Positions 19,382-28,599 of a stretch of DNA of 64,000 bases are shown here, piece by piece. Both the position numbers and the translations under genes were made by a program. Numbering within the stretch: the stretch's first letter is position 1; each line of letters starts with the position of its first letter. Origin of the DNA: an uncultured Gammaproteobacteria bacterium (GTDB lineage Bacteria; Patescibacteriota; Microgenomatia; Levybacterales; UBA12049); contig CAYQEE010000003.1 of the NCBI GenBank assembly GCA_964416445.1, positions 1,946 through 65,945 of the forward strand, written 5' to 3'. The notes under the pieces were generated by a model, which did no database searches, was not told the DNA's origin, and saw only the letters and a list, made by a program, of their open reading frames with translations.

Positions 19382-20791
19382 TTATTTTCGAAAAATTAAT
19401 TTGTATCCCCCATCAGGTTCTACCTGCCATATGCGTTGGTTTCTTGGCAAGCGAGTTATAATATGTTGTTTATCAAATAACACTGAACCAATATAGAATG
19501 GAATAGTTCCATTAGGCGAATACGCATAAACAGGAATATTACTTCCACTCTCTTCAACATAAAGTTTTGTTTCTAAATAATTCAATACATCTTTTGGTAT
19601 TATGACATCTGTGGGTTTCGCCTGTGCGAGAATTTGTTTAACCCCCCAATTAATAGAAGGTTTAGATGAGCTATTTAGAATTTGTTCACCTGATAAGATT
19701 AAGATTGTCATATAACCGGAAAGAAAAATTATTAGAATCATTTGCTTATGCATATTTTCCTCATAGACTTTATAGACAGAATATCCAATGAGTATGATAA
19801 GCAAGGGAGCAGTAGCTATTAAATAACGTTCATGATAAATAGGAGCAAACAGTACAGAAATAATATAGGTAATAACAATTGGAATAACTGAGGCAGAAAA
19901 TAATAATGATGGAACTTCTATGTTTTTATTATCTTTTTTCCATACCCAATAGGAGAAAGCGAAAATTCCAAGAATGACACTTAATAATAGCAACATATGT
20001 TCCGATGGGTAATATATATCTCCTTGAGCATATTTTTGAAATGTATCAAGAAATATCTGGCTTGTTACTGGTGGAATCCAAAAACCTTTTCCTACTCTTA
20101 CCCATTGATTCCAAATGACTACTCCCCAACCAACCAGTGTGAGTAATGGAAATAAGAATAATGATAGTCCTTCGTAAAAATGAGACTTTATATATATGCG
20201 ATTTTTTACTATCCACCAAATTCCAATTGCAACGCAGCTAAAAATGGCAAAATTATGAGTTAAGATACCTAAGGATAGTACTATTCCTGCGAGCCAGTAT
20301 TTTCTCAATGTTATACAATAAACTGCTAGCGCAATGAGTAATGCTAATAATGTATACATTCTTGCTTCAAAAGCATATTGTAAAAGAAACGGATTCAATA
20401 ACGTAACTATCGCAATAAGTATTTGTACTTTGGAGGATTGAATTAATTTTCGAGATATTAAATAAACTGTTATTACTAAACCGAAATGGAAAAGTAGTGA
20501 TAATCCTCTCACTGCAGCTTCACTTTGTCCATAGAATATCATCCAGTAATGAAGAATAAGTGAATATAATGGTGGGCTTTGATCCCTAATTGTTAATTGA
20601 ATAATTTGCCAAGGAGACCTCTCAGATAATAGTATGGAAAATGCCTCGTCTCTCCAAAAACTTTGATTTAGTATTGGTAACATAGCTATACATATTCTAG
20701 CACAGAATACATAAGCTAGTTGTATTCTCAATGTTTTTTGTATAATTATGAGCACCATGGAATTAGTCGGCTCAACATTTGCTTTCAACAA
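19382..20791 (-). CDS. GT-C fold glycosyltransferase (ArnT/PMT/GT39-83-like, dolichyl/undecaprenyl-phosphate-sugar dependent)
   Basis: Polytopic, with the DE loop motif (FWRDEAFS) after the first TM. The true start is probably internal (Met at about 20758 or 20680), because the annotated N-terminus reads through a tRNA-Gly-like fragment. Confidence 0.6.
   Translation of the reverse strand: MLKANVEPTNSMVLIIIQKTLRIQLAYVFCARICIAMLPILNQSFWRDEAFSILLSERSPWQIIQLTIRDQSPPLYSLILHYWMIFYGQSEAAVRGLSLLFHFGLVITVYLISRKLIQSSKVQILIAIVTLLNPFLLQYAFEARMYTLLALLIALAVYCITLRKYWLAGIVLSLGILTHNFAIFSCVAIGIWWIVKNRIYIKSHFYEGLSLFLFPLLTLVGWGVVIWNQWVRVGKGFWIPPVTSQIFLDTFQKYAQGDIYYPSEHMLLLLSVILGIFAFSYWVWKKDNKNIEVPSLLFSASVIPIVITYIISVLFAPIYHERYLIATAPLLIILIGYSVYKVYEENMHKQMILIIFLSGYMTILILSGEQILNSSSKPSINWGVKQILAQAKPTDVIIPKDVLNYLETKLYVEESGSNIPVYAYSPNGTIPFYIGSVLFDKQHIITRLPRNQRIWQVEPDGGYKLIFRK
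20755..20790 (+). repeat. Partial copy of the 5' half of tRNA-Gly, directly repeated relative to the intact tRNA-Gly at 22744
   Basis: ggaattagt-cggctcaacatttgctttc aligns with gggattagttgagcggttcaacatttgctttcc of the tRNA, with a 15-nt exact core TCAACATTTGCTTTC. Confidence 0.4.
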
Positions 20792-20836
20792 GGCTAGAGA
20801 AATAAATATAGGATAGAAAATTGAAAATAAATTGCG

Positions 20837-22306
20837 TTATTTTGCGTATTCAAAAATGGTGATCGCTTCAAGTCTGTAGATATATTTCACTGAATAATTC
20901 TTTTTTAAACTTTTTATAATGATCGTATTATCAGTATCTACTCGATTATCAGTAACAGTTTCTAATATATACCAAATTTTTGTATATTGCTTTGGCAATA
21001 AAGCTAATTTTTGCCGGTCGATTGTGAAATTAAAGCTGCCAGTTGTGACATAATCTGGTTGTAAAGTAATTTCGTTGGTAAGAGCAGGATATTTTTGTTG
21101 AGTGATATAGAAATTCACTTTGTCTTGGGTTGAGGAAGGGAGAAAGATAATTCCATCTGTTCCACTCACATGGGTGCGAAGAAATGCCGCAGTACCCTTA
21201 AAATCTTCATTATAATTTCTGATGACTAATCCGCTGTGTTTACTTCCAAAATACCAACCACTAAGCCGAATGAGTGATAAAAGGAGAATAAGGAAGATAA
21301 AGCCTGCTTGAATCCATTTATATGTAATCTTTGTAATACATAACGCAATAAAAATAGTAAAGGGTACTAAACAGACAAAAAAGTACGCAGAAATATATAA
21401 TGGTTTTGCAATAAGTGAAAAAATAAATGATAAAATTATGGGAAAGAGAATCCAAAGAAAGAGAAATCCATAATTCCAGGTTCTGTCAGTAATTCTCAAG
21501 TGAGACCATTTTTTGAGTACAGTAATTACAAATCCTCCAATAAGTAAAAGTTCTATTCCCCCTATTATTGGATAATCGTTTGCTAGGATTAAATAGGTAC
21601 CAATCAGATTCTTAATATCTGGTCTCGCTATCCAATTGACTTGTCCGCTATGCATTGATGGTGCAATGAACAATGGAAGGATGAGAACAACAAGGAGTAT
21701 TCCATTAAGGACTACATCTTTCCACTTACTCTTCCAGTTCGTGAAGACGAGTGAAAGAATTTGTGAGGCAATGATAAACAGCGCATATAAATGACAATAC
21801 ACTGCAAGTGCATTCACTATGGTTGCAAAAAACAAATATTTCCTTGACTGCTTTTGGACATACTGAATAAAAAACAATGATGAAAGCGTGGTAAAAAACA
21901 AAACCATAGTGTAAGCTCTGGCGTTTTGAGCATTGGAAATGAAAAATACATGAAACGAAAGTAACAAGATTGAGGTCACAGCAACATATTTATTAAATAG
22001 CTTTTTCGCGGTAAAATAAGCAACAGGAATCGTAGTTGAAGCAAATACTACGGATAAAAGCCTGACATAGAATTCTGAATTGCCAAAAAATTTCCAGAAG
22101 TATAATACGAAATAGTACAGCCACATATTCCCTTCCGTATAGGTAATAAAATGCAGCATTGTTGGCCAACTGCTGGTTATAAACATTGTATCCAGTTCAT
22201 CCATAGAAAATCCTTTAAGCCCTATGAAAAGTATCCCGAAAACCGTTGCGATGATTGTACAAAAGAGGACAATGAGGAGATCAAAATGTTTGTGCAAAAT
22301 ACGCAT
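20837..22306 (-). CDS. GT-C fold glycosyltransferase (ArnT/PMT-like), paralog of the upstream gene
   Basis: Polytopic, with an FSMDELDTMF DE loop; 489 aa. Confidence 0.6.
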   Translation of the reverse strand: MRILHKHFDLLIVLFCTIIATVFGILFIGLKGFSMDELDTMFITSSWPTMLHFITYTEGNMWLYYFVLYFWKFFGNSEFYVRLLSVVFASTTIPVAYFTAKKLFNKYVAVTSILLLSFHVFFISNAQNARAYTMVLFFTTLSSLFFIQYVQKQSRKYLFFATIVNALAVYCHLYALFIIASQILSLVFTNWKSKWKDVVLNGILLVVLILPLFIAPSMHSGQVNWIARPDIKNLIGTYLILANDYPIIGGIELLLIGGFVITVLKKWSHLRITDRTWNYGFLFLWILFPIILSFIFSLIAKPLYISAYFFVCLVPFTIFIALCITKITYKWIQAGFIFLILLLSLIRLSGWYFGSKHSGLVIRNYNEDFKGTAAFLRTHVSGTDGIIFLPSSTQDKVNFYITQQKYPALTNEITLQPDYVTTGSFNFTIDRQKLALLPKQYTKIWYILETVTDNRVDTDNTIIIKSLKKNYSVKYIYRLEAITIFEYAK

Positions 22307-22743
22307 AAAACGAAGTAAGTATATACTAATATAGGCTTATAGTCAAGTATTATTATCTTATGTTTAGTATTATCTACTTACATTTAGATACGCAGAATGA
22401 GACTATTTCTGTTATATTTTCTTTTTGAATAAAATAACTCCTTTAAATCATCTAGCATCGAATGCAGGAAATGGTACTACTCCGAATAGAGGTATCTTAA
22501 CTACTTCCCTAGATTTGCGGTTTACTTTGCGTTTGGGGTTGACTACAATTGTACAAGAGAACTTCTATCTCTCAGTAGATTAGATTAATATAGCAATATA
22601 ATCACTAAATATGGTGTATTCTAGATAAGAAACTTCATTATATCCGAAAGCTATTGTTAATTTGCTTTAGACTGTAAAGATGGAATAATATGGACAAATA
22701 TAGTCATATCTTTTATAATCCTAAGTATAAAGTTGAGTTTACC

Positions 22744-22817
22744 GCGGGATTAGTTGAGCGGTTCAACATTTGCTTTCCAAGCAAAAAAGACGGGTTCGAC
22801 TCCCGTATCCCGCTCCA
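22744..22817 (+). tRNA. tRNA-Gly (anticodon TCC), with encoded CCA
   Basis: Acceptor stem GCGGGAT/ATCCCGC, anticodon stem TTTGC/GCAAA with loop TTTCCAA, T-arm ACGGGTTCGACTCCCGT, discriminator T then CCA. Confidence 0.8.
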
Positions 22818-22929
22818 ATTATTTAAAGTAACCTCAGTATTTCACTAGTTTAAAAAATTTTTGCTATATATTCGGCATAGTTTTCTGAGTATCTTGCACC
22901 TAAGCTAAACCTATAGTATAATAGGTGTT

Positions 22930-23505
22930 ATGGGTGAAAAAGTTTTATTTCCAGTTTATCCTACTCCAAAATACACAAGCGAACAACGTGATAAATTGGG
23001 ACAGATGTATGGTAATCATCTCATGTTACTCTCAATGCTTGAGAGTCCAAAAAGCCCAGAAGTTGAAGCGGAAATTCTCTTCGGCTATGAGTGTTTTTTA
23101 GATTGGGTTTTTTCAAAAGACGGAAGAAGAATATCATCAAAAAGAATAGATTTGCCTAATTATATTGAACTGAAAAATAACATAGATCCTTTGGAAATTG
23201 ATGCACTGAAAAGTACTGTAATAAATATTTTTCGTGAAGGAATTCCTGTTCCCCTAATTAATAAAGGCCAATACTGGAGCTATCCGAAAATTGAACAAAA
23301 TAGAATTCTTATTCAACCTGAAGAAGCTGCAATTGTAACACACAAATTTGGATTGAGTGACGGTATAAGAAGAACATGGAAAGATGTTGCTATGCTAATG
23401 GGAGTTGATAGTTCATCTGTGACACAACGTGAAAGCAGAATCCGGGGAAAATTTCGGCATCCTAGTCATATGATGTTATTACGACCATTCTATCATTTAA
23501 GATAA
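22930..23505 (+). CDS. Sigma-70 region 4-like HTH domain protein, with no recognisable region 2
   Basis: The C-terminal ILIQPEEAAIVTHKFGLSDGIRRTWKDVAMLMGVDSSSVTQRESRIRGKFRH matches the sigma-70 region 4 consensus (L..RE..VL..RFGL......TL.EVG...GV.R.ERIRQIE..AL.KLR). The N-terminal 120 aa lack the region-2 signature. Confidence 0.5.
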   Translation: MGEKVLFPVYPTPKYTSEQRDKLGQMYGNHLMLLSMLESPKSPEVEAEILFGYECFLDWVFSKDGRRISSKRIDLPNYIELKNNIDPLEIDALKSTVINIFREGIPVPLINKGQYWSYPKIEQNRILIQPEEAAIVTHKFGLSDGIRRTWKDVAMLMGVDSSSVTQRESRIRGKFRHPSHMMLLRPFYHLR

Positions 23506-23766
23506 TAAATTATTAACATTTCTCTATTAACGCATTAAAATGTAGTATGGATTGGATAAGTAAGTATTTGGAATAAATGCATCCTCAGCGCAAGGATAAA
23601 TTAAAAGCACCTTTTTATATTTTCGAATAGTTACTGACCTAATAGTAAAGTCGTTTGCAAAATAAAAACCAATAACCCATAGAGTAAAAAACACACATGA
23701 GATAATTGTTATGACGAGCGTGTTTAATGAAGAGTCAAACCCTGTTTATCTATGTTGGCTATAAAA

Positions 23767-25275
23767 TTACTTGTTAATAATTTTGCTATAACTTCCTTGA
23801 ATTAGTGATACGAAAAAGTTTCTAATTGCATTGTTAATATTTAATATAAAAGAAAAAACTGTTGTTGGAGTCTTTGTAGTTCCGGTAAGAATTTTAGCAA
23901 AATTGAACTCCATACTTGCTGGATTATATGTTGCTTCTTGGTAAAGCAAATTATTATTTTTTGGAGTTTGTGATGGTACTGTTCCTGAAGGAAATATTGA
24001 GGGTGTTGGCTGTGATTGGTTAAAAGGATTTATATTTTGCAAGAATGAAAATGCATTTTGTATTGGGTTTGTACTTTGCGTTGGTGTTGCTGATGGAAAG
24101 TTATCTTGTGATGCATTAGTGGGACTTGGTGTATTAAAAGAATTTGTTGGAACTGGAGTATTACCAGATCCTGGAGGTTGAGTTGGCTGAGGCGTTGCAG
24201 TTGGCATTTGAGTAGGACTTGGATTATTTGTTATTGATGATGTCGGGGTAATATATCCCCAGCATGCCATATTACAATTTGACGTTGTATAGTATCCTTG
24301 AGGGTCATATTGGCACGCGCCTGTATTACCATTGCAACTATAATGATTTACGATAGGTCCACTTGTTGGCGTTGGTGTAGGGTTTTGGGTGAGACTTCCC
24401 CAACAAGCATTGTTGCAATTTGATGTTGTATAGTAACCTTGAGGCTCTGGGATACATTGTCCCGTATTACCGTCGCATGTATACCTTGCAGAAGTTGGTG
24501 TTGGAACGACAGTTAAGTCATAGGCGATAAAAGAAGAATATTTTACCACACTTCCATTTTGTGTAGAAACACCAATACCTGCATAACCTGACGAAAAATT
24601 ATCATCACTTGTTTGTAACATCCAATTATTCGGTTCGGAATCACTTGTTCTCCATACTTTTGCACTCAGGTTAATTCCAACTACCTGAAACTTAATAGTA
24701 TAATTGTTGTTTGAGTAAGCTTTAAAGGAAGTTTGAGTAAGAACTGTATTATTGTCACTAAGCATGCGACGAATGAGAAAGTTAGAACCATCAAAGTATG
24801 CTTTGTACCAGTTATCATTATCTTTATAACGAAGTAATACGCCAATATCAGTATTTGTGAAAGATCCGACTTGGACGGTAGCAATGACCTGGCTATCGGT
24901 TAAATTTGAAGGACCAAGTACTCCATTTGATATTCCACTTCCATTGGATATCTGTCCAAAGTTGTTTGTAATTTGATAAATGCTATTTACTGAAGCGTCA
25001 GCTCCCCAAGTATTCTGACCATCTGAGGCACGCCCCCAGTGAGTTTGATTCGATCGTTGGAATGTGTCCTTAGCAACAATAGTATTCGTTTGAGAGGCAA
25101 GGACAGTTGAATAATCAGCTGATTTGTATTTTTTACCATTAGAAAAATAGGAGAAAATAAAAATAGATAAATAAACAATAGTTAAAATGCAGCAACCAAT
25201 TAAGATACTTGCTTTAAATGATTTTGCATTTTTTTTCTTAATATGTTTAGATTGTTTTCTTTTTTTAGTCATCAC
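23767..25275 (-). CDS. Secreted or surface protein: signal-anchor, jelly-roll-like domain, 2x Cys-rich 4-Cys modules, S/T/P/Q linker, and a conserved C-terminal tail domain
   Basis: Basic N-terminus plus a TM; the repeats YTCDGNTGQCIPEPQGYYTTSNCNNACWG and YSCNGNTGACQYDPQGYYTTSNCNMACWG; a long P/T/S/Q low-complexity stretch; the C-terminus NNLLYQEATYNP...NFAKIL...INNAIRNFFVSLIQGSYSKIINK is homologous to the C-terminus of the 35958..37448 protein. Confidence 0.5.
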   Translation of the reverse strand: MMTKKRKQSKHIKKKNAKSFKASILIGCCILTIVYLSIFIFSYFSNGKKYKSADYSTVLASQTNTIVAKDTFQRSNQTHWGRASDGQNTWGADASVNSIYQITNNFGQISNGSGISNGVLGPSNLTDSQVIATVQVGSFTNTDIGVLLRYKDNDNWYKAYFDGSNFLIRRMLSDNNTVLTQTSFKAYSNNNYTIKFQVVGINLSAKVWRTSDSEPNNWMLQTSDDNFSSGYAGIGVSTQNGSVVKYSSFIAYDLTVVPTPTSARYTCDGNTGQCIPEPQGYYTTSNCNNACWGSLTQNPTPTPTSGPIVNHYSCNGNTGACQYDPQGYYTTSNCNMACWGYITPTSSITNNPSPTQMPTATPQPTQPPGSGNTPVPTNSFNTPSPTNASQDNFPSATPTQSTNPIQNAFSFLQNINPFNQSQPTPSIFPSGTVPSQTPKNNNLLYQEATYNPASMEFNFAKILTGTTKTPTTVFSFILNINNAIRNFFVSLIQGSYSKIINK

Positions 25276-25326
25276 TACTATCAGAATATATGAATTGAGA
25301 CTAAACAGTCAATATTAATAACAAAT

Positions 25327-26127
25327 TTGCGTATTGAGAATAAAATACTTGTTATAATGCAACTAAAAGAATTAAGTATGAAATGGATTCCTGCTCGGTC
25401 GTTTATCCATAAAAATATATCTAAAGTTAAAATGTCCCTGTCTTATTCTTTAATTATTTTCTTTATTGGAGGTATAATTATATTTCATACGAAAATAGCA
25501 TTAGCGAATGGAGTTAATGAAAACAAAATACTTGCTATATTTACTATTATCACTACCTCATCAGAAGCAACAGGTAATCCTCAGTTTGAACCTACGCCTA
25601 CTCAAATAGTTCCCACTGCTACTCCATTTGCAATTCAAACATCTCAGCAAATTGCACTAGGAATATCACCCAATAAGCAACCTTCTGATTCAAATAGTAC
25701 AATGTGGTCAGTAATAAAGAAAGATAGTGAAACTTCACTTGAAGTATTACCCGCGGATTCACGCATGTCAACAGTAGATGAATTGAATGAGGCAATGAAT
25801 CAGTATAGGATTGGTCATCAATTGCCAACGCTTTATCCGGATCCAACATTATGTTCTATTGCAAAGACTCGAGCAAATCAGCAATTAGCATTAGGCCATT
25901 TAGACGGACATGCAGGGTTTCCAGCTCTTGCAAATCAACAACAGAAATATAGTACGATGGCCGAAGTTCTATTTGGTGGAGTCGAACCAATCTATGGAGT
26001 ACATATAGTTGAGTGGGGTTGGGATAGATCGCTTACAGGACATAAAGAAACTATTTCTGATCCAAAATGGCATAGCGGTTGCGGAGGAATTGCTGGTTAT
26101 TTTGCAGTATTTGAATTTGGAAATTAG
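25327..26127 (+). CDS. CAP/SCP/PR-1-like domain secreted protein
   Basis: C-terminal blocks ELNEAMNQYR...GH..ETISDPKWHSGCGG...YFAVFEF resemble CAP-domain signatures. It has a TM or signal segment; the likely true start is the Met near 25432. Confidence 0.55.
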   Translation: MRIENKILVIMQLKELSMKWIPARSFIHKNISKVKMSLSYSLIIFFIGGIIIFHTKIALANGVNENKILAIFTIITTSSEATGNPQFEPTPTQIVPTATPFAIQTSQQIALGISPNKQPSDSNSTMWSVIKKDSETSLEVLPADSRMSTVDELNEAMNQYRIGHQLPTLYPDPTLCSIAKTRANQQLALGHLDGHAGFPALANQQQKYSTMAEVLFGGVEPIYGVHIVEWGWDRSLTGHKETISDPKWHSGCGGIAGYFAVFEFGN

Positions 26128-26150
26128 AAAAACGGCAATCGAACAAACGA

Positions 26151-27164
26151 TTAGGCTTTACCTACAACATTTTGTGGACGCCCATCTAAAAATCCTCTTA
26201 TATTAACTACTGTTGTTTGTAATATTTGTTGCATTGATTCATCACTGTTAAATGCATTATGAGGAGTAACGATTACATCTTCTCTATTTAACAAAATATG
26301 ATTCATAAGTTGGCTTTTTAAATCGCAACTCTCTAGAAATTTACTTGCAAGCAATTCTCGTTCTTCTCTCATATTACATTCTTCTTCAAGAACATCAAGT
26401 CCTGCACCACGGAGGATTCCTTTCTCAAGTGCTTCAAGTACTGCCTGTGTCTCAACAATAGGTCCTCGGGCAGTATTAATTAAGATGCTTCCCTTCTTCA
26501 TATTTTGAATATTCTGCCGGTTAATTAAGTGCTTTGTGTCATTCGTGTAAGGTAAATGAATTGATACCACATCTGAAGTTGAAAGCAGTTCATCTATTTG
26601 AACAAATCGAACTCCCAGTTTTTCAAGATCAGGAATTGGATGACGATTAAATGCAATCACTTTCATTCCGAATCCTAATCCTATCTTACAGACAATTTCT
26701 CCTATATTGCCTGTTCCTAGGACTCCTAATGTTTTATTATATAATTCCATACCTTGTAATCCAGTAATCTCGAAGTTTCCTTTTTTTGTTCTTTCTACCG
26801 AAGTAAGTATTTTTCGAGATAATGTTAACAAAAGAGCAAATGCGTGTTCTGCAATTGTATGAACACCATATGCTGGTACGTTACTTATGAAAATATTTTT
26901 TTCTTTACAGTAGTTAATATCAATATGATCATATCCTGTCGAACGAGTAGCAATAAATTGTAAGTTAGGAAATTTTTCTAAGATATCTTTTGTTAGCTGA
27001 GAGTATGCAAAGGTAGAAAGAATAGTAGCGTCATAAACATTTGAATCGTAAGTTGAGAAGGAATCGAGCGTTTGTAAGTTAAATATTATAGTATTATCAG
27101 TAAAATTTTTTTTGAAATAATTCTCTTCCCAATCTTCTATTTCAAAAAATACAATTTTCACCAT
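26151..27164 (-). CDS. D-isomer-specific 2-hydroxyacid dehydrogenase family protein, NAD-binding
   Basis: Rossmann GxGxxG (GVLGTGNIGEIV), an Asp at the end of the second beta strand (IAFNRHP), and catalytic R/E/H positions (TARG, HNAF). Confidence 0.8.
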   Translation of the reverse strand: MVKIVFFEIEDWEENYFKKNFTDNTIIFNLQTLDSFSTYDSNVYDATILSTFAYSQLTKDILEKFPNLQFIATRSTGYDHIDINYCKEKNIFISNVPAYGVHTIAEHAFALLLTLSRKILTSVERTKKGNFEITGLQGMELYNKTLGVLGTGNIGEIVCKIGLGFGMKVIAFNRHPIPDLEKLGVRFVQIDELLSTSDVVSIHLPYTNDTKHLINRQNIQNMKKGSILINTARGPIVETQAVLEALEKGILRGAGLDVLEEECNMREERELLASKFLESCDLKSQLMNHILLNREDVIVTPHNAFNSDESMQQILQTTVVNIRGFLDGRPQNVVGKA

Positions 27165-27191
27165 ATTTTATCTTTCTAAGTATATCAGTTA

Positions 27192-28013
27192 TTGATTTTA
27201 AGTGGTAGTTTGGTTTATGGGATATTTTTTAAAGTTATTTTCAGGGTTATTGTATATAATACCGATAAATGTATGAAAGAAACACGTCTTATCATGGGAA
27301 TGCCTATAACTGTTGAACTCGTTGATTCTTTTGCAAAACCAATAAATATCCAAAAAGTCTTTGATTATTTTACGTATATTGATAATAAATTTAGTACCTA
27401 TAAGTCAGCAAGTGAAATCTCGCAAATAAATGCTGGTATCTTGAAAAAAAAAGATTTCAGTGAGGATATGAAAACGGTTTTCTTGCTGAGTGAACAGACG
27501 AAAAAAGAAACTAATGGCTATTTTAATATAGAACATAAAGGGAAATATGATCCTTCTGGACTCGTAAAAGGTTGGGCGATTTATCAAGCGTATAATATGC
27601 TCTGTAAAGATGGGTTGAAAAATTTCTTTATTGAAGCTGGTGGTGATGTACAAGTATCCGGGAAAAATGGTCAAGGAAAACAATGGACTATTGGGATACG
27701 AAATCCTTTTAATAGTGAACAGATAGTTAAAGTAATAGCACTCGATAATAAAGGTGTTGCTACGTCAGGAACCTATATTCGAGGTCAACATATTTATGAT
27801 CCTTATCACAAAGATACGATATTAAAAGAGATAGTGAGTTTAACGGTAGTTGGTCCTAATATATTTGAAGCTGATAGATTTGCTACCGCGGCTTTCGCGA
27901 TGGGCTCAAAAGGAATTCTTTTTATACAAAGTATTCCAGGATTTGATGCCTACATGATCAATAAAGATGGTATCGCTACCTATACAAAAAATTTTACTAA
28001 GTATACTATGTAA
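27192..28013 (+). CDS. apbE: ApbE-like FAD:protein FMN transferase
   Basis: IMGMPITVEL, GLVKGWAI and VATSGTYIRGQHIYDP blocks typical of the ApbE family; the N-terminus is probably shorter than the ORF. Confidence 0.7.
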   Translation: MILSGSLVYGIFFKVIFRVIVYNTDKCMKETRLIMGMPITVELVDSFAKPINIQKVFDYFTYIDNKFSTYKSASEISQINAGILKKKDFSEDMKTVFLLSEQTKKETNGYFNIEHKGKYDPSGLVKGWAIYQAYNMLCKDGLKNFFIEAGGDVQVSGKNGQGKQWTIGIRNPFNSEQIVKVIALDNKGVATSGTYIRGQHIYDPYHKDTILKEIVSLTVVGPNIFEADRFATAAFAMGSKGILFIQSIPGFDAYMINKDGIATYTKNFTKYTM

Positions 28014-28019
28014 AGTTGC

Positions 28020-28048
28020 TTGACAAATGCAATTATATCGCATTATAC
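28020..28048 (+). promoter_or_regulatory. Putative sigma70-like promoter of zur (TTGACA, 17-18 nt spacer, TTATAC/TATACA), with an ATTGCATAT-containing operator-like element just downstream
   Basis: The -35 and -10 hexamers are at near-ideal spacing. The motif caagtgtATTGCATAT at 28063-28083 recurs upstream of znuA. Confidence 0.35.
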
Positions 28049-28107
28049 AGTATAATATAACTACTTGCAAGTGTATTGCATATGTGGTAATATGATATAC
28101 TAGGTTT

Positions 28108-28551
28108 ATGGTATCTTCAAAACAAAATCATGATTGCAAAGCAGAATTAAACGAAGCAAATCTTCGTGCAACCCCAGCTCGAGTTGCCGTGATGCAGTTT
28201 CTAGAATCAGCCAATACTCCTATTGATGTTGAAACAATTATTGATCATCTTAATAAACAAAAGATAGATACAGATCCTGCAACAGTATTTCGGATAATGA
28301 ACTTACTTACGGTAAAAGGAATTACAAAGCAAATTTCTTTTAATGAAGGGAAATTTCGATACGAACTGATGAATAAAGCAGATCATCATCATCTTATTTG
28401 TGAGAGTTGTGGGAACATTGAAGATATTTCAGATTGTAATATTCCCTCACTTGAAAAAGACATTCATCAGAAGAAGAAATTCTTAGTTAAAAGTCATTCG
28501 TTAGAATTCTTTGGTTTGTGCAAAAATTGTCAAAAACAAGTTACCTCTTGA
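28108..28551 (+). CDS. zur: Fur-family metalloregulator, likely the zinc uptake regulator Zur
   Basis: ATPARVAVMQFL...HHHLICESCG...CKNC. It lies immediately upstream of znuACB. Confidence 0.75.
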   Translation: MVSSKQNHDCKAELNEANLRATPARVAVMQFLESANTPIDVETIIDHLNKQKIDTDPATVFRIMNLLTVKGITKQISFNEGKFRYELMNKADHHHLICESCGNIEDISDCNIPSLEKDIHQKKKFLVKSHSLEFFGLCKNCQKQVTS

Positions 28552-28557
28552 CAAGTG

Positions 28558-28586
28558 CAAATCGATTGCATATACTAATGCAAGTT
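28558..28586 (+). promoter_or_regulatory. Putative znuA promoter (TTGACA, 17 nt, TATACT), with a near-palindromic GCAAATCGATTGCATAT operator in the spacer (candidate Zur box)
   Basis: The hexamers are at 28558-28563 and 28581-28586. The spacer is an imperfect palindrome around ATCGAT and shares ATTGCATAT with the zur upstream region. Confidence 0.4.
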
Positions 28587-28599
28587 AATTGCAAATCTG

